DNA of 64,000 bases, from the IMG/VR virus record IMGVR_UViG_3300021387_001614, positions 64,001-128,000 of that record. One strand, 5' to 3'. Under the pieces are notes generated by a model. The model was not told the origin of the DNA. It searched no databases and saw nothing but the letters and a program-made list of their open reading frames with translations. Position numbers and translations under genes: made by a program. The DNA is from a virus (Duplodnaviria; Caudoviricetes). Below, piece by piece: positions 19,740-31,400 of the stretch (position 1 is its first letter; each line of letters begins with the position of its first letter).

Positions 19740-20282
19740 TTAAGCCTGAAACTCTGATGTATCCACCGGAGCACAATTTATTGTTCTGAATAACGGACAA
19801 GTTCCGAATAATGTATGCGCATTATCGTAATAATTTCGTCCATCATTGGTTACCGTGAAAAACTCCATATGTTCGGGTGTTATTTGTATGCCTATGTAAT
19901 CACCAACAGTAATTTCTATCCCCAATTCTGTCAGCGTTTCTTGATAAACACCAATTGTGAGTTTTCCCGTTTTCATATATGTCCCAAGATTTTTGGTCTT
20001 ATCGTATGATTTAAGTTCGGGTTGTTCTATTTTGTAAACACAGTGAAACTCTACGGGTGTTTTAAAAACCACATTATTATCGGTTTCCCCATAAATGGCA
20101 TCGACGTTTGACTTAGAGATATCAACACGATACAACACTGCCGTTTGATTCATGTCCTGTTCAATGTAGTTTTTACCCACATCACGCTCGAACTTAAAAG
20201 AATCCTCACCATAGAAAAGTCTGTTTCTATTGACCGGAACCCTTCTTATGTTCTTTGTATTAAATTCTAATCCGTTTGCCAT
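19740..20282 (-). CDS. Putative neck / head-completion protein
   Basis: VLYRVD..KSNVDAIYGE...F..PVE...GDYI pattern; structural operon context. Confidence 0.55.
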   Translation of the reverse strand: MANGLEFNTKNIRRVPVNRNRLFYGEDSFKFERDVGKNYIEQDMNQTAVLYRVDISKSNVDAIYGETDNNVVFKTPVEFHCVYKIEQPELKSYDKTKNLGTYMKTGKLTIGVYQETLTELGIEITVGDYIGIQITPEHMEFFTVTNDGRNYYDNAHTLFGTCPLFRTINCAPVDTSEFQA

Positions 20283-20284
20283 TT

Positions 20285-21085
20285 TTATCTGTAAAATAAA
20301 TGTTTATAATATTGTCTGTAATTATTTGTAAACCAATTAATTACGTTAATTAGCCCTTTATTGGCATATAGTATTCTATCACTAATTATTGATTTAATAT
20401 ACCACACACCTCTTGCATAATCATGAAATATAGGACATACGTATCTGACTGCTCTGCCATTAAATATAGCATCATATTCTTCATCCAACGCATGATATGT
20501 CTCAACACCACTTGCAAGACAAATGACACAATCTTTTCCGTAACATGATTGATTCATCTGCTCGTATTTTATTGTGTTTACAAGATGACCAAAAGCGAAA
20601 ACACCGTTTTTCTCATCGGGCATTAAATTATGCGTCCACGGAAGTTGTTCAAAGTCATCTACACCTTTTTTAAAGCCTTCCTTTGCAATTTCCTCCGCAT
20701 GGTCAGTAAAGTGTATAACCCACTTATTAGAAAATGTTTTTTCGTGGTGCATTGTTAAATGTGCAGGTGCACCATGAAACTCTCCATACCCATTAACAAA
20801 ATTTTCAGACATTTCGTTATAGAAATCATTTGGGTTTGCACCCATTTCAATCGCCATATCATAAATCTCGTTAAAATTATAATATTTAAGATTGTTAAAT
20901 TCATTTCCATATTTTGATACACACCACTCTATAAATGCACCGGGATATTTCTCAATGCACTGTCTTGTTTTCTTCTCTGTATTGGTAAAATAATTTTTAA
21001 GGTCTATACCCTTTTTTTCCCAATACTCAGAAACAGAATTTTCGAAAAGTTTCTTAAATGTACCTTCTGAAATAACAAGTCTCAT
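20285..21085 (-). CDS. Tagged late protein, putative ADP-ribosyltransferase-like fold (paralog of 35726..36448)
   Basis: MRLVISEGTFKKLFE tag variant; WVIHFT..A..IAKEGF, FAF, DEEYDAIF; late motif 21097-21104. Confidence 0.55.
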   Translation of the reverse strand: MRLVISEGTFKKLFENSVSEYWEKKGIDLKNYFTNTEKKTRQCIEKYPGAFIEWCVSKYGNEFNNLKYYNFNEIYDMAIEMGANPNDFYNEMSENFVNGYGEFHGAPAHLTMHHEKTFSNKWVIHFTDHAEEIAKEGFKKGVDDFEQLPWTHNLMPDEKNGVFAFGHLVNTIKYEQMNQSCYGKDCVICLASGVETYHALDEEYDAIFNGRAVRYVCPIFHDYARGVWYIKSIISDRILYANKGLINVINWFTNNYRQYYKHLFYR

Positions 21086-21207
21086 GGGTTTTTCTTTATA
21101 AATATCACTTTTCTTAAATGTCTCTGCATCAAACCGTTTACAGACTTGAAATATATATAAAAAATGCTATATTTTATATGTAGGGGGGGTGATTAAATAA
21201 GAAAAAA

Positions 21208-23166
21208 ATGGGAATATCACTTAAAAAAGTAGAAGAAGCACATTTAATTTTAAAAGAATATAAGGGGAATAATCCATATATTATTTCTCTTAAAAATGGC
21301 GTATATGCATATAAAACCGCCTCACTTAACGATTTTCAAGTGGAATTCATATTAAGAAACCACGATAAAGAACCCATTTACGTGAATAAACTTGTTAAAA
21401 TCACAGAATGGTATGGCGAAAAGCTAAAAGAAAAGTGGGAAACTGAATTTACGCCCGAAATGTTTGTTATCGGGTGGTATATGGGCGATACATCAACACA
21501 CTATGTGTTTAATTGTAAATACAGAAGAAGTCAGGATAAACCTGTTATGCTTTTTGCACCCAAAAACGCCATTTTAACGGACTTTTTGGCTGATGAATAC
21601 AATAATATCGAACTTGATTTTTCGAAATATGAGGAAAAAAGCGGCAGAACCGTAATGGAACACCAAAAAGAGGCTGTAAAGTTCCTTATTTCAAGGAAAA
21701 AGTGTATTTTGGCAGACCAAATGGGGGGAGGCAAAACCATGTCCGCCATTCTCGGTGCATTAATGGGTGATTATAAACATGTTTTAATAATTTCACCCTC
21801 ATCGGTGAAAAAAACATGGGAAAATGAACTCAAATTGTTCGTGGATGATGACGATATCACTATTGTGCAAGGGTCAAAGTGGAAAGACGCCAAATTTACC
21901 ATCATCAACTACGATATTTTGGATAATTTCTATACCATACCAACGCAAAAAATCAAGAAAAAGGAAATAAACGTTGATGAAAACGGAAAAATAGTCACAG
22001 AATATAAGGAAAAAGAAATTGTTTCAAGAAGCAAAAAGATTATTTCTGAGGCAATGGCTGAAAGTCAGTTATTTCAAGCAAAATACGACCTTATAATAAT
22101 AGACGAGGCACATAAACTTTCTAATAATACATCGGGTAGATTTAAAATTATTTCCGACCTCGTTAAAAGAAGTAATCCAAAGGGTATTTTTGAGTTAACG
22201 GGTACAATGATTACGAACTCAAGTAAAAATTTATATAATATTCTTAAAATCATTAATGTTCCCGTAACACATGATTGGCAAAACTACATGACAAGGTATT
22301 GTGGTGCTAAGTTTTTCTTTAAAAAGAACGAGAGAAACGCTTATACTGCTATGTTTTGTAAATCTATGGGAAAAAATGAATGGGCTGAGTTATCTTACGA
22401 TGAAAAAGGAAAATTAAATGAGTTCTTAGAAAAGAAATGTAAAAAAATATGTATTCCCGGTGAAGATACAAACATGGAAGAACTACAGGAAATAATCAAG
22501 CCTTATTATTTAAGACGATTAAAAAGTGATTTTGCTGATATTGTTAAAAAAGAGGTGAAATATTTGCACTATGAAATGACTGACGAAGAAAAAGATTCTT
22601 ACAATCAATTATGGGAACAATATTTAGCGTTGCAAGAAGACACCGAAAAAACAATTAAAAACAAGCAACTTATTGAGACAACGTTAATGCGACAATGGTT
22701 GGCTGATAAGATGATTCCAAGAACAATAAAACTTGCTCGTGAAATTATCGAAAAGGGGCACAAAGTGATTATTTTCTGTGCATATGACAATGAAATAGAC
22801 AAATTCAGAGAAGAATTTGGTGACATATGTGTTTATCATAATGGTAAACTAACAGAAAAAAAGAAAAATGACGCTGTTGAAAAATTTCAAAATGACGACA
22901 ATATAAAGGTGTTTATAGGAAACGTTATAAGTGCGGGTGTTGGTTTAACTTTAGTTTCAAGTGATACCGCAATATTTAATAATTTTTCATTTGTTCCTGC
23001 TGACTGTTTGCAGTGTGAGGATAGAATACACCGCCTTAACCAAACTAAACCATGTACCATATATTATCAGTCATTTAATGGCACTTATTATGATAAAATG
23101 TTAGAAATTATTCATAGAAAACAAGATGTCATTGATAAAATAATTATAACTGAAAAAGAAAAATAA
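21208..23166 (+). CDS. SNF2-family (SF2) helicase
   Basis: ILADQMGGGKT, IIIDEAH, LTGT, GVGLTL, QCEDRIHR motifs. Confidence 0.92.
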   Translation: MGISLKKVEEAHLILKEYKGNNPYIISLKNGVYAYKTASLNDFQVEFILRNHDKEPIYVNKLVKITEWYGEKLKEKWETEFTPEMFVIGWYMGDTSTHYVFNCKYRRSQDKPVMLFAPKNAILTDFLADEYNNIELDFSKYEEKSGRTVMEHQKEAVKFLISRKKCILADQMGGGKTMSAILGALMGDYKHVLIISPSSVKKTWENELKLFVDDDDITIVQGSKWKDAKFTIINYDILDNFYTIPTQKIKKKEINVDENGKIVTEYKEKEIVSRSKKIISEAMAESQLFQAKYDLIIIDEAHKLSNNTSGRFKIISDLVKRSNPKGIFELTGTMITNSSKNLYNILKIINVPVTHDWQNYMTRYCGAKFFFKKNERNAYTAMFCKSMGKNEWAELSYDEKGKLNEFLEKKCKKICIPGEDTNMEELQEIIKPYYLRRLKSDFADIVKKEVKYLHYEMTDEEKDSYNQLWEQYLALQEDTEKTIKNKQLIETTLMRQWLADKMIPRTIKLAREIIEKGHKVIIFCAYDNEIDKFREEFGDICVYHNGKLTEKKKNDAVEKFQNDDNIKVFIGNVISAGVGLTLVSSDTAIFNNFSFVPADCLQCEDRIHRLNQTKPCTIYYQSFNGTYYDKMLEIIHRKQDVIDKIIITEKEK

Positions 23167-23167
23167 T

Positions 23168-23797
23168 ATGATTAATTTAAATTTAAAAGAGGAAGATATT
23201 AAGGAAATAAAATGCACTCTTGATAACGGAAAAATTGTAACATTTAGTATGAGAGATTCTGTTTTACAGGATGTAGACGTAGTTGTGCCACAAGACAACA
23301 CCAAAAGAAATGAAGAATTAATGGGCAAAGAATTTGAAAAATTATTCGATGATTATATCAAGTGGACTGACAAATACAAAAAAATACCCCTATCAAAACA
23401 GGATTTTAAGATACTGTTTTTATCAAAAGAGGGTGTATGGAAAGGCGACACTAAGTTCCCAATCATTACAATTAATGAAAGCAAGACGCCAACATCTTTA
23501 TCTAAAAATGGAGATATCCGCAACACATTAGAAGCCGCAAGAACCGGTGAATGGAAAGAAAATGTTAAGGCAACAGGCTCTTTTGTGCCAAAACCCGAAC
23601 CTCGTGACGGTAAACCAATTAATCGAACACCAACAGCAGCTTCAGATGAAGAAATAAATGATTTCAAGGAGTCACAAAAAGAAAGTGATGAATATAGATG
23701 GGATAAAATCAAAAAAAGCATAGAGAAAGAAGAAGACGAAAAAATAAAAGAGGCTACTGCAATAATTGAACACCGTAAGTATCGCAAACAAGATTAA
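23168..23797 (+). CDS. Hypothetical protein
   Basis: 209 aa ORF in operon with the helicase. Confidence 0.7.
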   Translation: MINLNLKEEDIKEIKCTLDNGKIVTFSMRDSVLQDVDVVVPQDNTKRNEELMGKEFEKLFDDYIKWTDKYKKIPLSKQDFKILFLSKEGVWKGDTKFPIITINESKTPTSLSKNGDIRNTLEAARTGEWKENVKATGSFVPKPEPRDGKPINRTPTAASDEEINDFKESQKESDEYRWDKIKKSIEKEEDEKIKEATAIIEHRKYRKQD

Positions 23798-23799
23798 AA

Positions 23800-24192
23800 A
23801 TGGAAGAATTATATTTAGGTTTCGTTAAGTTAATAGGACAAGAAACAGATGGATTAAACAGATATGAGTTTATTTTCACTGATAATGTTGATGAATTTTG
23901 GGGTGAGGATTTCGATATAAAACCCGCAGGATTATGTAATGACATTGCCCCTGATGATAAATATATGTCCGAAATTCATATTGTTAGAACAACAATGAAA
24001 TTTGACCTTGCTCAAAAATGTAATTGTTTTTCCATGCAAGACTGTATAGATGGGTGTATTGCACTTGCGTGGGAAAACATTGACGATTATGAAGAATATC
24101 CCGAAGATACTGGGAGATTGGTCTTTAATTTTGGAGAACCGTTTGATGAAGTTGAAAGAAAGTTCGCATTAAGGGGCATTTTATTAAATTAA
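23800..24192 (+). CDS. Acidic hypothetical protein
   Basis: 130 aa ORF in operon, followed by a terminator. Confidence 0.7.
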   Translation: MEELYLGFVKLIGQETDGLNRYEFIFTDNVDEFWGEDFDIKPAGLCNDIAPDDKYMSEIHIVRTTMKFDLAQKCNCFSMQDCIDGCIALAWENIDDYEEYPEDTGRLVFNFGEPFDEVERKFALRGILLN

Positions 24193-24220
24193 AAAACCGG
24201 TGATTTTTGCACCGGTTTTT
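24192..24220. terminator. Bidirectional intrinsic terminator
   Basis: AAAAACCGGTG...CACCGGTTTTT hairpin. Confidence 0.85.
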
Positions 24221-24226
24221 ATTTTT

Positions 24227-24559
24227 TTAATACCCACTATCAGGCCATTCATCAGGGTGTTCATCCAAATCATTTATGTCATCATCGTTTCCACCAAACT
24301 GACTTCTCTCAAAGTTTCTTACAGCCTCACTTTCGTCATCTTCAATACCGCTAAAATCAAGTCCTACCTCACCGAGTTCGTCAGCAGCGTCCAATTCGTC
24401 ATCTGACGGAACGTCAAATTCATCATCTTGATGCTGCCATTCATTGTCATTTGTTTCTAATGAATCATAATCATCAATGCCAAATTCTTCATTGACAAAA
24501 TCCCTAATTGTTTTTTTAACCGTTTCAAAAATTAATTGGTTTGAAATATTCTTTTTCAT
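24227..24559 (-). CDS. Very acidic small protein with a tag-like N-terminal helix
   Basis: LIFETVKKTIRDFVNE followed by an Asp/Glu-dominated tail. Confidence 0.7.
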   Translation of the reverse strand: MKKNISNQLIFETVKKTIRDFVNEEFGIDDYDSLETNDNEWQHQDDEFDVPSDDELDAADELGEVGLDFSGIEDDESEAVRNFERSQFGGNDDDINDLDEHPDEWPDSGY

Positions 24560-24570
24560 GATGTTTTTAC

Positions 24571-24948
24571 TTATTTTATCGTTATCATTAATTCTTCTCT
24601 TATGGGCATTATTAGTTTACCCTTTGGAAAAGTTAAATCGTCTGACTTAATTTCCCCAAATGTGATTTCAAATGTCCCCTCATAGGTTCCTGCTTCTTTT
24701 GTATCCCTTTCCTTCCAATCATAACATATTGCATATTGATTGGTGCATCCACCTATTTCTCTTTCTTTAATATATGCCGGTGCTTTTGCAATTTTAGTTA
24801 CACCCGTTTCCATATTTACCATCGAAAACGTTATTGTGGCATTCTGTATCGCATCATAAAACTTCATATAATCATGCCTACCGTCATGAATCAAATCCAT
24901 TCTGAGGATGGGTAACACAGCACCTTTTCTTATGTAGAATTCCTGCAT
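24571..24948 (-). CDS. BppU-like Ig-fold structural protein
   Basis: FYIRKG..LP.L...Y.W...DT..AG.YEG.FEI pattern; late motif 24964-24971. Confidence 0.6.
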   Translation of the reverse strand: MQEFYIRKGAVLPILRMDLIHDGRHDYMKFYDAIQNATITFSMVNMETGVTKIAKAPAYIKEREIGGCTNQYAICYDWKERDTKEAGTYEGTFEITFGEIKSDDLTFPKGKLIMPIREELMITIK

Positions 24949-24972
24949 TTTTATCTTTTTTTAAATAAATAG

Positions 24973-27900
24973 TCAGGTTTCTATTGTTTCAAATTCGGGA
25001 CTACGAATATCATCAAAAACAAATCCACCCGTCGAAGGTCTAACATCAGGTAATTTTTTGAAATAGAAATACATATTAGAATCCATTGTGACAATATCAC
25101 TTAACTGTTTCGGAATAATACCCTCATTTTCAAAGTCTTCTATATCTTTATTCGTAAGGCTATTAAGTGCTTCAAGATATTTTTCATCTTCTATTTTAAA
25201 CAGTTCAGTGTCTTCTTTTTTCTTTTCTTCGATATATTTTTCAACAAGTTCGTCCCATTTTATTCCACACTCATCAATGAATGGCGGTCTTTCGTTTATT
25301 TTAAGCCAAAACTCAATTTCCTTATTTTCTGGCGTCATAAGTGCCTCATATGTATCTTGGTCACCGGGTTTATTTGGGAAACCTGATACAAGTTTTGACT
25401 CTTCTTCCGTGAAATATTGTCTGTCAGAAGGCTTAGTGATAATAATTTTATCCCTTATTTCGGGCGAAAAACAAACCAATAACGGTGTTATTCTTTTATT
25501 GAATTGGTCGATGTATTTTTCAACGTTATATTCCATATCATCAACATCGCTACACAACACATCACCTTCACTATTTACAATTTCATTTGGTACGAGTTTG
25601 CAATTCAATATAATCTCATCTTCTTCCCTAACAACGTATTTACTAACCATCTTTTTTAAAGCGGCCGTTTTAACACTTTTTATGTCTATACCTTCTTTTT
25701 CACAATCAGGTAAAATTAACTCTTTTGCCAATTTAGTGTTAAGTTCTGTTTCCACACCGTCTTGAATAACAAACTTATGCGTTATTCTTTTAACATCGGA
25801 ATGTGCTTTCTTGGTTCCCGTATTAATATAGTATATCGTATCGCCCACGTCTGCATTAATACCATCCTTCATAACAAGTTCATACCACGCTTGTCTTGCC
25901 TTTTTGTTTCCTGCCTTTGTTACTGTTTTGCAATCCTCCTTATATTCTGCAATGGTTTTCTTTATTTTACCCTTTGATGCAATTTCCTTTATTGGTATTC
26001 TATAATTGTATATGTTGTCAATATACTCATAATAATTTTCAAGAAATTCGTGTCCTTTACCCCTTAGTAACAAGTCAACACCCATGTCAATAAATCGTTC
26101 GAGATACCCGCTCATTTTTCTTGATTTAATGGTATTCCCTACCTTTTTGGTTGACCCGTCAGGCATAAGGTCGGCATAATTCTTTCTCGAAAATTGAATA
26201 CAAGCATCACAGAACTCGTCTATTCCTAATCCCATCTTATTAATACCACCATCATACGCCTTTGAAAGGAACAGGTCTTCAAATTCCGCAACATCGGCAT
26301 TAACTTTGGTATAGGCTTTACCCTTAACGGTATTTCGCCCTTCACCGGTACTTATATACGGGTGTTCATCTGTATACCTAAAATGCTCATTATCAGGCAT
26401 TTGAAAATTAAATCCGTCAGTATCACCCACGATAGGTGTGTATCCTATCGACGTGAAGTGACTAATCATTAGGCGTAAACTCATTCGCCCTACGCATGTT
26501 GTTTTTTCAGCACCATCTATATCACCAAACGGAAAAATAAGGGGACAACCATAAGAACCGAAAAAACTATTTGCTAAAATTTTAAGTGGTAATTGTTTTT
26601 TATCGTTACCTGTTTTCTCCATTTTCCAATGGTGAATTTCTTTCTCTAATTCAGTTCTTTCTTCGGGTGTTGCGTCCTTAATTTTTTCTTTAATTTTATC
26701 AACCATGTCACCCGCTTCACCCTTAAGTTCTTTATATTTTTCACGTTCAGTAAGAATATATTCGAGAAAATATAACATTACGTTCATGACATCCAACGCA
26801 GTTCTAATGTTCCACGTAAGAATAATTGATGGGTATAGAGAATTAAAGTCAAGTTTAACAATTCTATCAACCCACCCTGTTTTCAAGAGACGTGAAAGAC
26901 CACCCGTAAATCGTTTATTTGTTCCAGTTGCAGGAACTGCCAAATCATTTTCATAACACCACGCAAGCATTATAAGTTTCCATATTCCCGCAGTTCCCAT
27001 TGTACATGCACGCTGAAATGTGGTAGGAAGCATTTTTCCCACCAAGAAATTGGACTCATTTAATTTAAGTTCGACTTGTTCCGCCTCCCAAATATCATCT
27101 AAAAGATAGCGTTCGACAATGTATTTTCCTGATTTAGGCACGTACCCATCTTTAATTTCTTTTCCTTCCTTTATTTCATACCAATCGCCATTACTATTAT
27201 TAAAAGCAAATTTTTCGTCTGTTATATTCCATATCTTACTAATATCATTTCCCGGAACATACACACGATTTTCTTTCTTTAAATCAAGGTATTTGGTGAC
27301 ATATTTAAGGTTTGCCATCTTCATGTTTGAATCCAATGCTTGCGCACGTCTAACAGCATGAAGAGAATCAAGAATTATAAAACCCCACATTATAGTAGGA
27401 TGAAAAAACTCCATTTCGCCACCAAGTTTTAATATTGTTTCACGCTTACGTTTATATATAGGATGCCTAAAATACTTAAGCGACATTTTTTCAAAATCAC
27501 TTCCAAGAACCTCGGCTCTAACCATCAAAAAATTCCAATCAAAGTTCTCTGAGTTATGCCCAAAAATCGTGTCCGGTTTTTCTTCCGCAATAATTGCAAG
27601 TGTTTCATCTATTGCTGCAAGTTCATTTTTGCGTTTTTCTTCTTCTGTGTTTCCTGTGATGGATATAATTTTTTCAAACCCTTGGTTTGTCCTTATACCG
27701 ATTTGTTCTATTGCGTGTATTTTAGGGTTAAGTCCTTGGGTCTCAATATCGAATGACATTCTTTTAAGTTCATCATAATTTTCATACCCTTTAAATAATC
27801 GTTTTCCCGTAGAAATCATGTATTGTTCGACAGGGGAAACCGCAAGAAATTCTTTTGATGATGTGTTGTCATCAGAACCTTTCTTTTTCCTCTCGTATAT

Positions 27901-28287
27901 TGGTGTACCGGCGTCCGTGAAAAACGCAAGAAAACTTGTATATGACATTTTACGTGTGGCATAGAAAATATAAACATACCCATTATTTAACCGTTCACTT
28001 TCTTCTGCTTTTTCACCTTTATTAAGTGTTTTAATCCATATGCCATATTCTCTTAGTTTTCTCTTAAGTGTACCTTTATTTCCTTGATACATTCGTATCG
28101 CAGCGCTGTGTTTAACCCAAACAAAGGGCTTAAAGTCATCCTGTTTAACCCTTTTTTGCCCTTTTTCATTAACATAAACAATACTAACCTGATTTTCGTT
28201 GTAATCACACTCAATCGTGATTATTCTTTCCATTGGGTCGTAACCACTAAGAAATTTGTTTACTACATCTGCCGTTATTTCCTTCAT
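24973..28287 (-). CDS. Family B DNA polymerase
   Basis: Exonuclease motifs FDIET, HNSENFD, YLLDD; polymerase motifs DFNSLYPSII, KILANSFFG, GDTDG; host-type promoter at 28339-28369. Confidence 0.95.
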   Translation of the reverse strand: MKEITADVVNKFLSGYDPMERIITIECDYNENQVSIVYVNEKGQKRVKQDDFKPFVWVKHSAAIRMYQGNKGTLKRKLREYGIWIKTLNKGEKAEESERLNNGYVYIFYATRKMSYTSFLAFFTDAGTPIYERKKKGSDDNTSSKEFLAVSPVEQYMISTGKRLFKGYENYDELKRMSFDIETQGLNPKIHAIEQIGIRTNQGFEKIISITGNTEEEKRKNELAAIDETLAIIAEEKPDTIFGHNSENFDWNFLMVRAEVLGSDFEKMSLKYFRHPIYKRKRETILKLGGEMEFFHPTIMWGFIILDSLHAVRRAQALDSNMKMANLKYVTKYLDLKKENRVYVPGNDISKIWNITDEKFAFNNSNGDWYEIKEGKEIKDGYVPKSGKYIVERYLLDDIWEAEQVELKLNESNFLVGKMLPTTFQRACTMGTAGIWKLIMLAWCYENDLAVPATGTNKRFTGGLSRLLKTGWVDRIVKLDFNSLYPSIILTWNIRTALDVMNVMLYFLEYILTEREKYKELKGEAGDMVDKIKEKIKDATPEERTELEKEIHHWKMEKTGNDKKQLPLKILANSFFGSYGCPLIFPFGDIDGAEKTTCVGRMSLRLMISHFTSIGYTPIVGDTDGFNFQMPDNEHFRYTDEHPYISTGEGRNTVKGKAYTKVNADVAEFEDLFLSKAYDGGINKMGLGIDEFCDACIQFSRKNYADLMPDGSTKKVGNTIKSRKMSGYLERFIDMGVDLLLRGKGHEFLENYYEYIDNIYNYRIPIKEIASKGKIKKTIAEYKEDCKTVTKAGNKKARQAWYELVMKDGINADVGDTIYYINTGTKKAHSDVKRITHKFVIQDGVETELNTKLAKELILPDCEKEGIDIKSVKTAALKKMVSKYVVREEDEIILNCKLVPNEIVNSEGDVLCSDVDDMEYNVEKYIDQFNKRITPLLVCFSPEIRDKIIITKPSDRQYFTEEESKLVSGFPNKPGDQDTYEALMTPENKEIEFWLKINERPPFIDECGIKWDELVEKYIEEKKKEDTELFKIEDEKYLEALNSLTNKDIEDFENEGIIPKQLSDIVTMDSNMYFYFKKLPDVRPSTGGFVFDDIRSPEFETIET

Positions 28288-28380
28288 ATTCTTAATATTT
28301 TTTTAAGACATATTTTAATGCCATTTAACTTTCGTTTGCAAATATACTAAAAAAAATAAAAAAAACAAAATATATTCATA

Positions 28381-28416
28381 AAAAATGAGCGAACCTTTTT
28401 TGATTCGCTCATATTT
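28381..28416 (-). terminator. Intrinsic terminator
   Basis: ATGAGCGAA...TTCGCTCAT hairpin with A-tract. Confidence 0.75.
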
Positions 28417-28443
28417 GGGTATATATTCAAAATATAACTAACT

Positions 28444-31400
28444 TTAACTTTGTGGCGTATATGCGAAACCATTCGTAAGGTTAGTAATAATTTGCTCAAG
28501 TTCAGCAACACGTGATGTAAGTGCCCTTAAATCATCTTTTAATGATGATATATCATTGGCGTTGGTTGTAACATCATCTTTAACGTCATTTAAATCTGCT
28601 GTAATCGCTGAATTTGCAACAGGATTGATAGAATCGGCATCGAGCGCTGTATCAACCATCACAACACCAAAAGTCTGATTACCTGCCACCGGTATGTGTG
28701 CAACACCATCAGCCACCTCAACATTGTGCCATGACGTACCACGCATCACTGCCACGCCGCTTAACTTATTACCGGTGTCTGCCGAAATAGTATTAATTCT
28801 ATCATCAATATCAGTAAGTGCTGCTGCTATAACTTGTTCATTGTTGCTAACAACATCTTCTAAACTCGTCAATCCCGAAGCATCAGCCTTATCATCGAGC
28901 AAGCCATCAACGTCAGTCTTGGTGTAAGTTGTTGCAGTGTCGGCCTTGTTAGCAAGCGCTGTATCAACATCGGTCTTATTATAATAGTTTGACGGGTCGA
29001 ATATGTCCGTCAGTGGTATAGAAATTGTTTGTTTACCTGATTCTTCATTAAATGTGATAACCAAATTATTACCACTAATTTCAACATTATCAACCATGCC
29101 GTCCTTTATAAAGTTGGTAGCATCAATATTAGCTATTGGCTCATCTGCTGTAGATGTTGGGTAGAAATAAATCTTCTTTGCAGTGCTATCATATGCAACT
29201 GCGCCGAATTTACTATTTAACGCTGTTGCAATTTCAGTAGCACCTGATGTTTCATCCTTTGCATAAACATCACTTGCATTTGCTTTTGTAGCAATGGCTG
29301 CCGTATTTGCAGTAACAGCACCACTAATTGTGCTAATATCACTACTTACACTACCCGTGTTGGTTTTTAACGTTTCAACATCACCGCTAATTGTATTGAC
29401 ATTGCCTGATATTTCATTGATTTTCAATGTAATAACTTTATTCTGAACAGGGTTTTCTGATGTTGTAGAAAGAGCGTCATCAACAGTGCCTCCACCTTCA
29501 ATAACTATATTACCCGGTCCTGCAAGGCTTTCACCGTTGATTGTTTTAAGGTTATTAAACCTATCGTTAAGGTCGTTAAGCGATGCGGCCGTAACCCTCT
29601 CATTATCAACAATAGTTCTTGTAACTGCTGAATTCGCAACAGGATTTGGTGAATCCATATCCATTTCATCATCCACCTCTGTTACCACTTCTATAGCGGC
29701 TACTTTATCTGTTACAACAACTTCATCACCGTTAAGCGTTATTGCAGTTATAACATTCTCTTCTGCTTTATTCCACTTAGTTTTATCTTCTGTTGTTACA
29801 TGTATATCCGTATTACCCGTATGTTCTGTGATAGCAGTGTCAATTGCACCAAGGGCAGAAGCTATTTCGGTAGCACCAGATGTTTCCGATTTTGTATAAA
29901 CATTATCAGCGTCTGCTTTCTCCGCAAGTGCGGTATCAACCTCTGTCTTAGTGTAAGTGGTTGCTGTGTCCGCTTTTTCTGCAAGTGCTGCTTCAACGTC
30001 AGCAGTGTTTGCCTTTTCTACAAGTGCTGTTTGTACCTCTGTGAGTGCGGTTTCAATGCCGCTAACAGACGTTTCAAGTGCGCCTACTCTGCCTTCAAGT
30101 TCGTGTACGTCACCCGTCGCTTCCTCAATTCTCTCGTCAGTTTCTGCTTTAGTATAAACATTTCCTAACGCATCCTCAACAGAGTCGCCGTTAGGCATCT
30201 TTATATTGCTTGCACTACCGTTTACATAAAGGTAGTTACGAAGAACATCACCTTCTGTATCAGGTATTAATTCGAGAATATTGTTTTCACTTGTAGAAGC
30301 AATGTGTGTGGTTGCCGATAATCTGTTTTTGTCGGTGCTATCCTTATATTTAATTAACTCAACGCCCGTTGGGAATTCATTTTCAAGAACACCGATTTCA
30401 TCAAATAAATCACTAACAGGAACAGTAATTGTCTGACTTTGGCCCGCTGCATTAGTATATTTTAACTCAAGTGATTTAGTGTTTGGGTCATAATTAATGT
30501 CATTAATTATTGTACCCACACCAAGTGGAATTTCCTTAGAGCCTTCTGTTGTTGTAAATTTTAAGGTGTTGGTGGCTGCACTATATTCAACATCAACCTT
30601 AACATAAAGTCCGTTTGTTGTGTTAATTATGTTACCTGCCTCTGTGCTAATTCTAACATTACCACTAATAACATTTTCATTAGACTTATTAAGTTCTAAC
30701 GTGTTAGTACTTGCAACTGAAACGTCAGCATCACCTATTTTTTCATCAACTTCTGTTTTAGTATAAACGTCTGCTGCATTTGCCTTGCCATCAATTCTGT
30801 CACTTAAGTCTTCATCTGCATGCGTTCTGTTTGCAGTCTCATCGTCTATCAAATGTTCTAACATTGTTTCGGCATTTGTTGCCCTTGTCTGCTCTGCTGT
30901 TACTGCTGACTGTAAGGCAGTCTCGGCACTTGTTGCTCTTGTGATTTCTCCGCTTACAGCATCTTGTAATGTACTAACAGAAGATTTAACATTGGCAATT
31001 TCTGTTTCAGCACTGGTTATTCTTACATCTAATGCAGAGTCGGCTGCTGTTCTTGCTGCCTCTTCGTTTCCTAATTCAGTTTCAATTTCAGCGGTTCTTG
31101 CTAATAATTCGTTAATATCATTCTCATTATCAGTTGTTTTTCCCGATAACTCATTAATATCTACTTCTATTTCATCAAGGAATGGACTTGTTGGTATTTT
31201 TAATTCGTGTACCTCATGTGCGGCTGTTTTGTATGTAATAACAATTTCCTCGTTTGTTTGGTCATAGCCACTATATACAATATTGGTGTCTGCCGACAAT
31301 GGAATTTCCCTTATAACACTTGTTTGTCCCGATTTCGATGTGTCAGAAACTTTAATAACATTAGTGTTAGCGTCATAATCAATTGTCATGTAGATACCGT

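Noticed and set aside
24973-28287. Intein or intron in the long DNA polymerase
   Set aside because: No intein splice-junction or LAGLIDADG motifs were recognised; the extra length is spread over several insertions.
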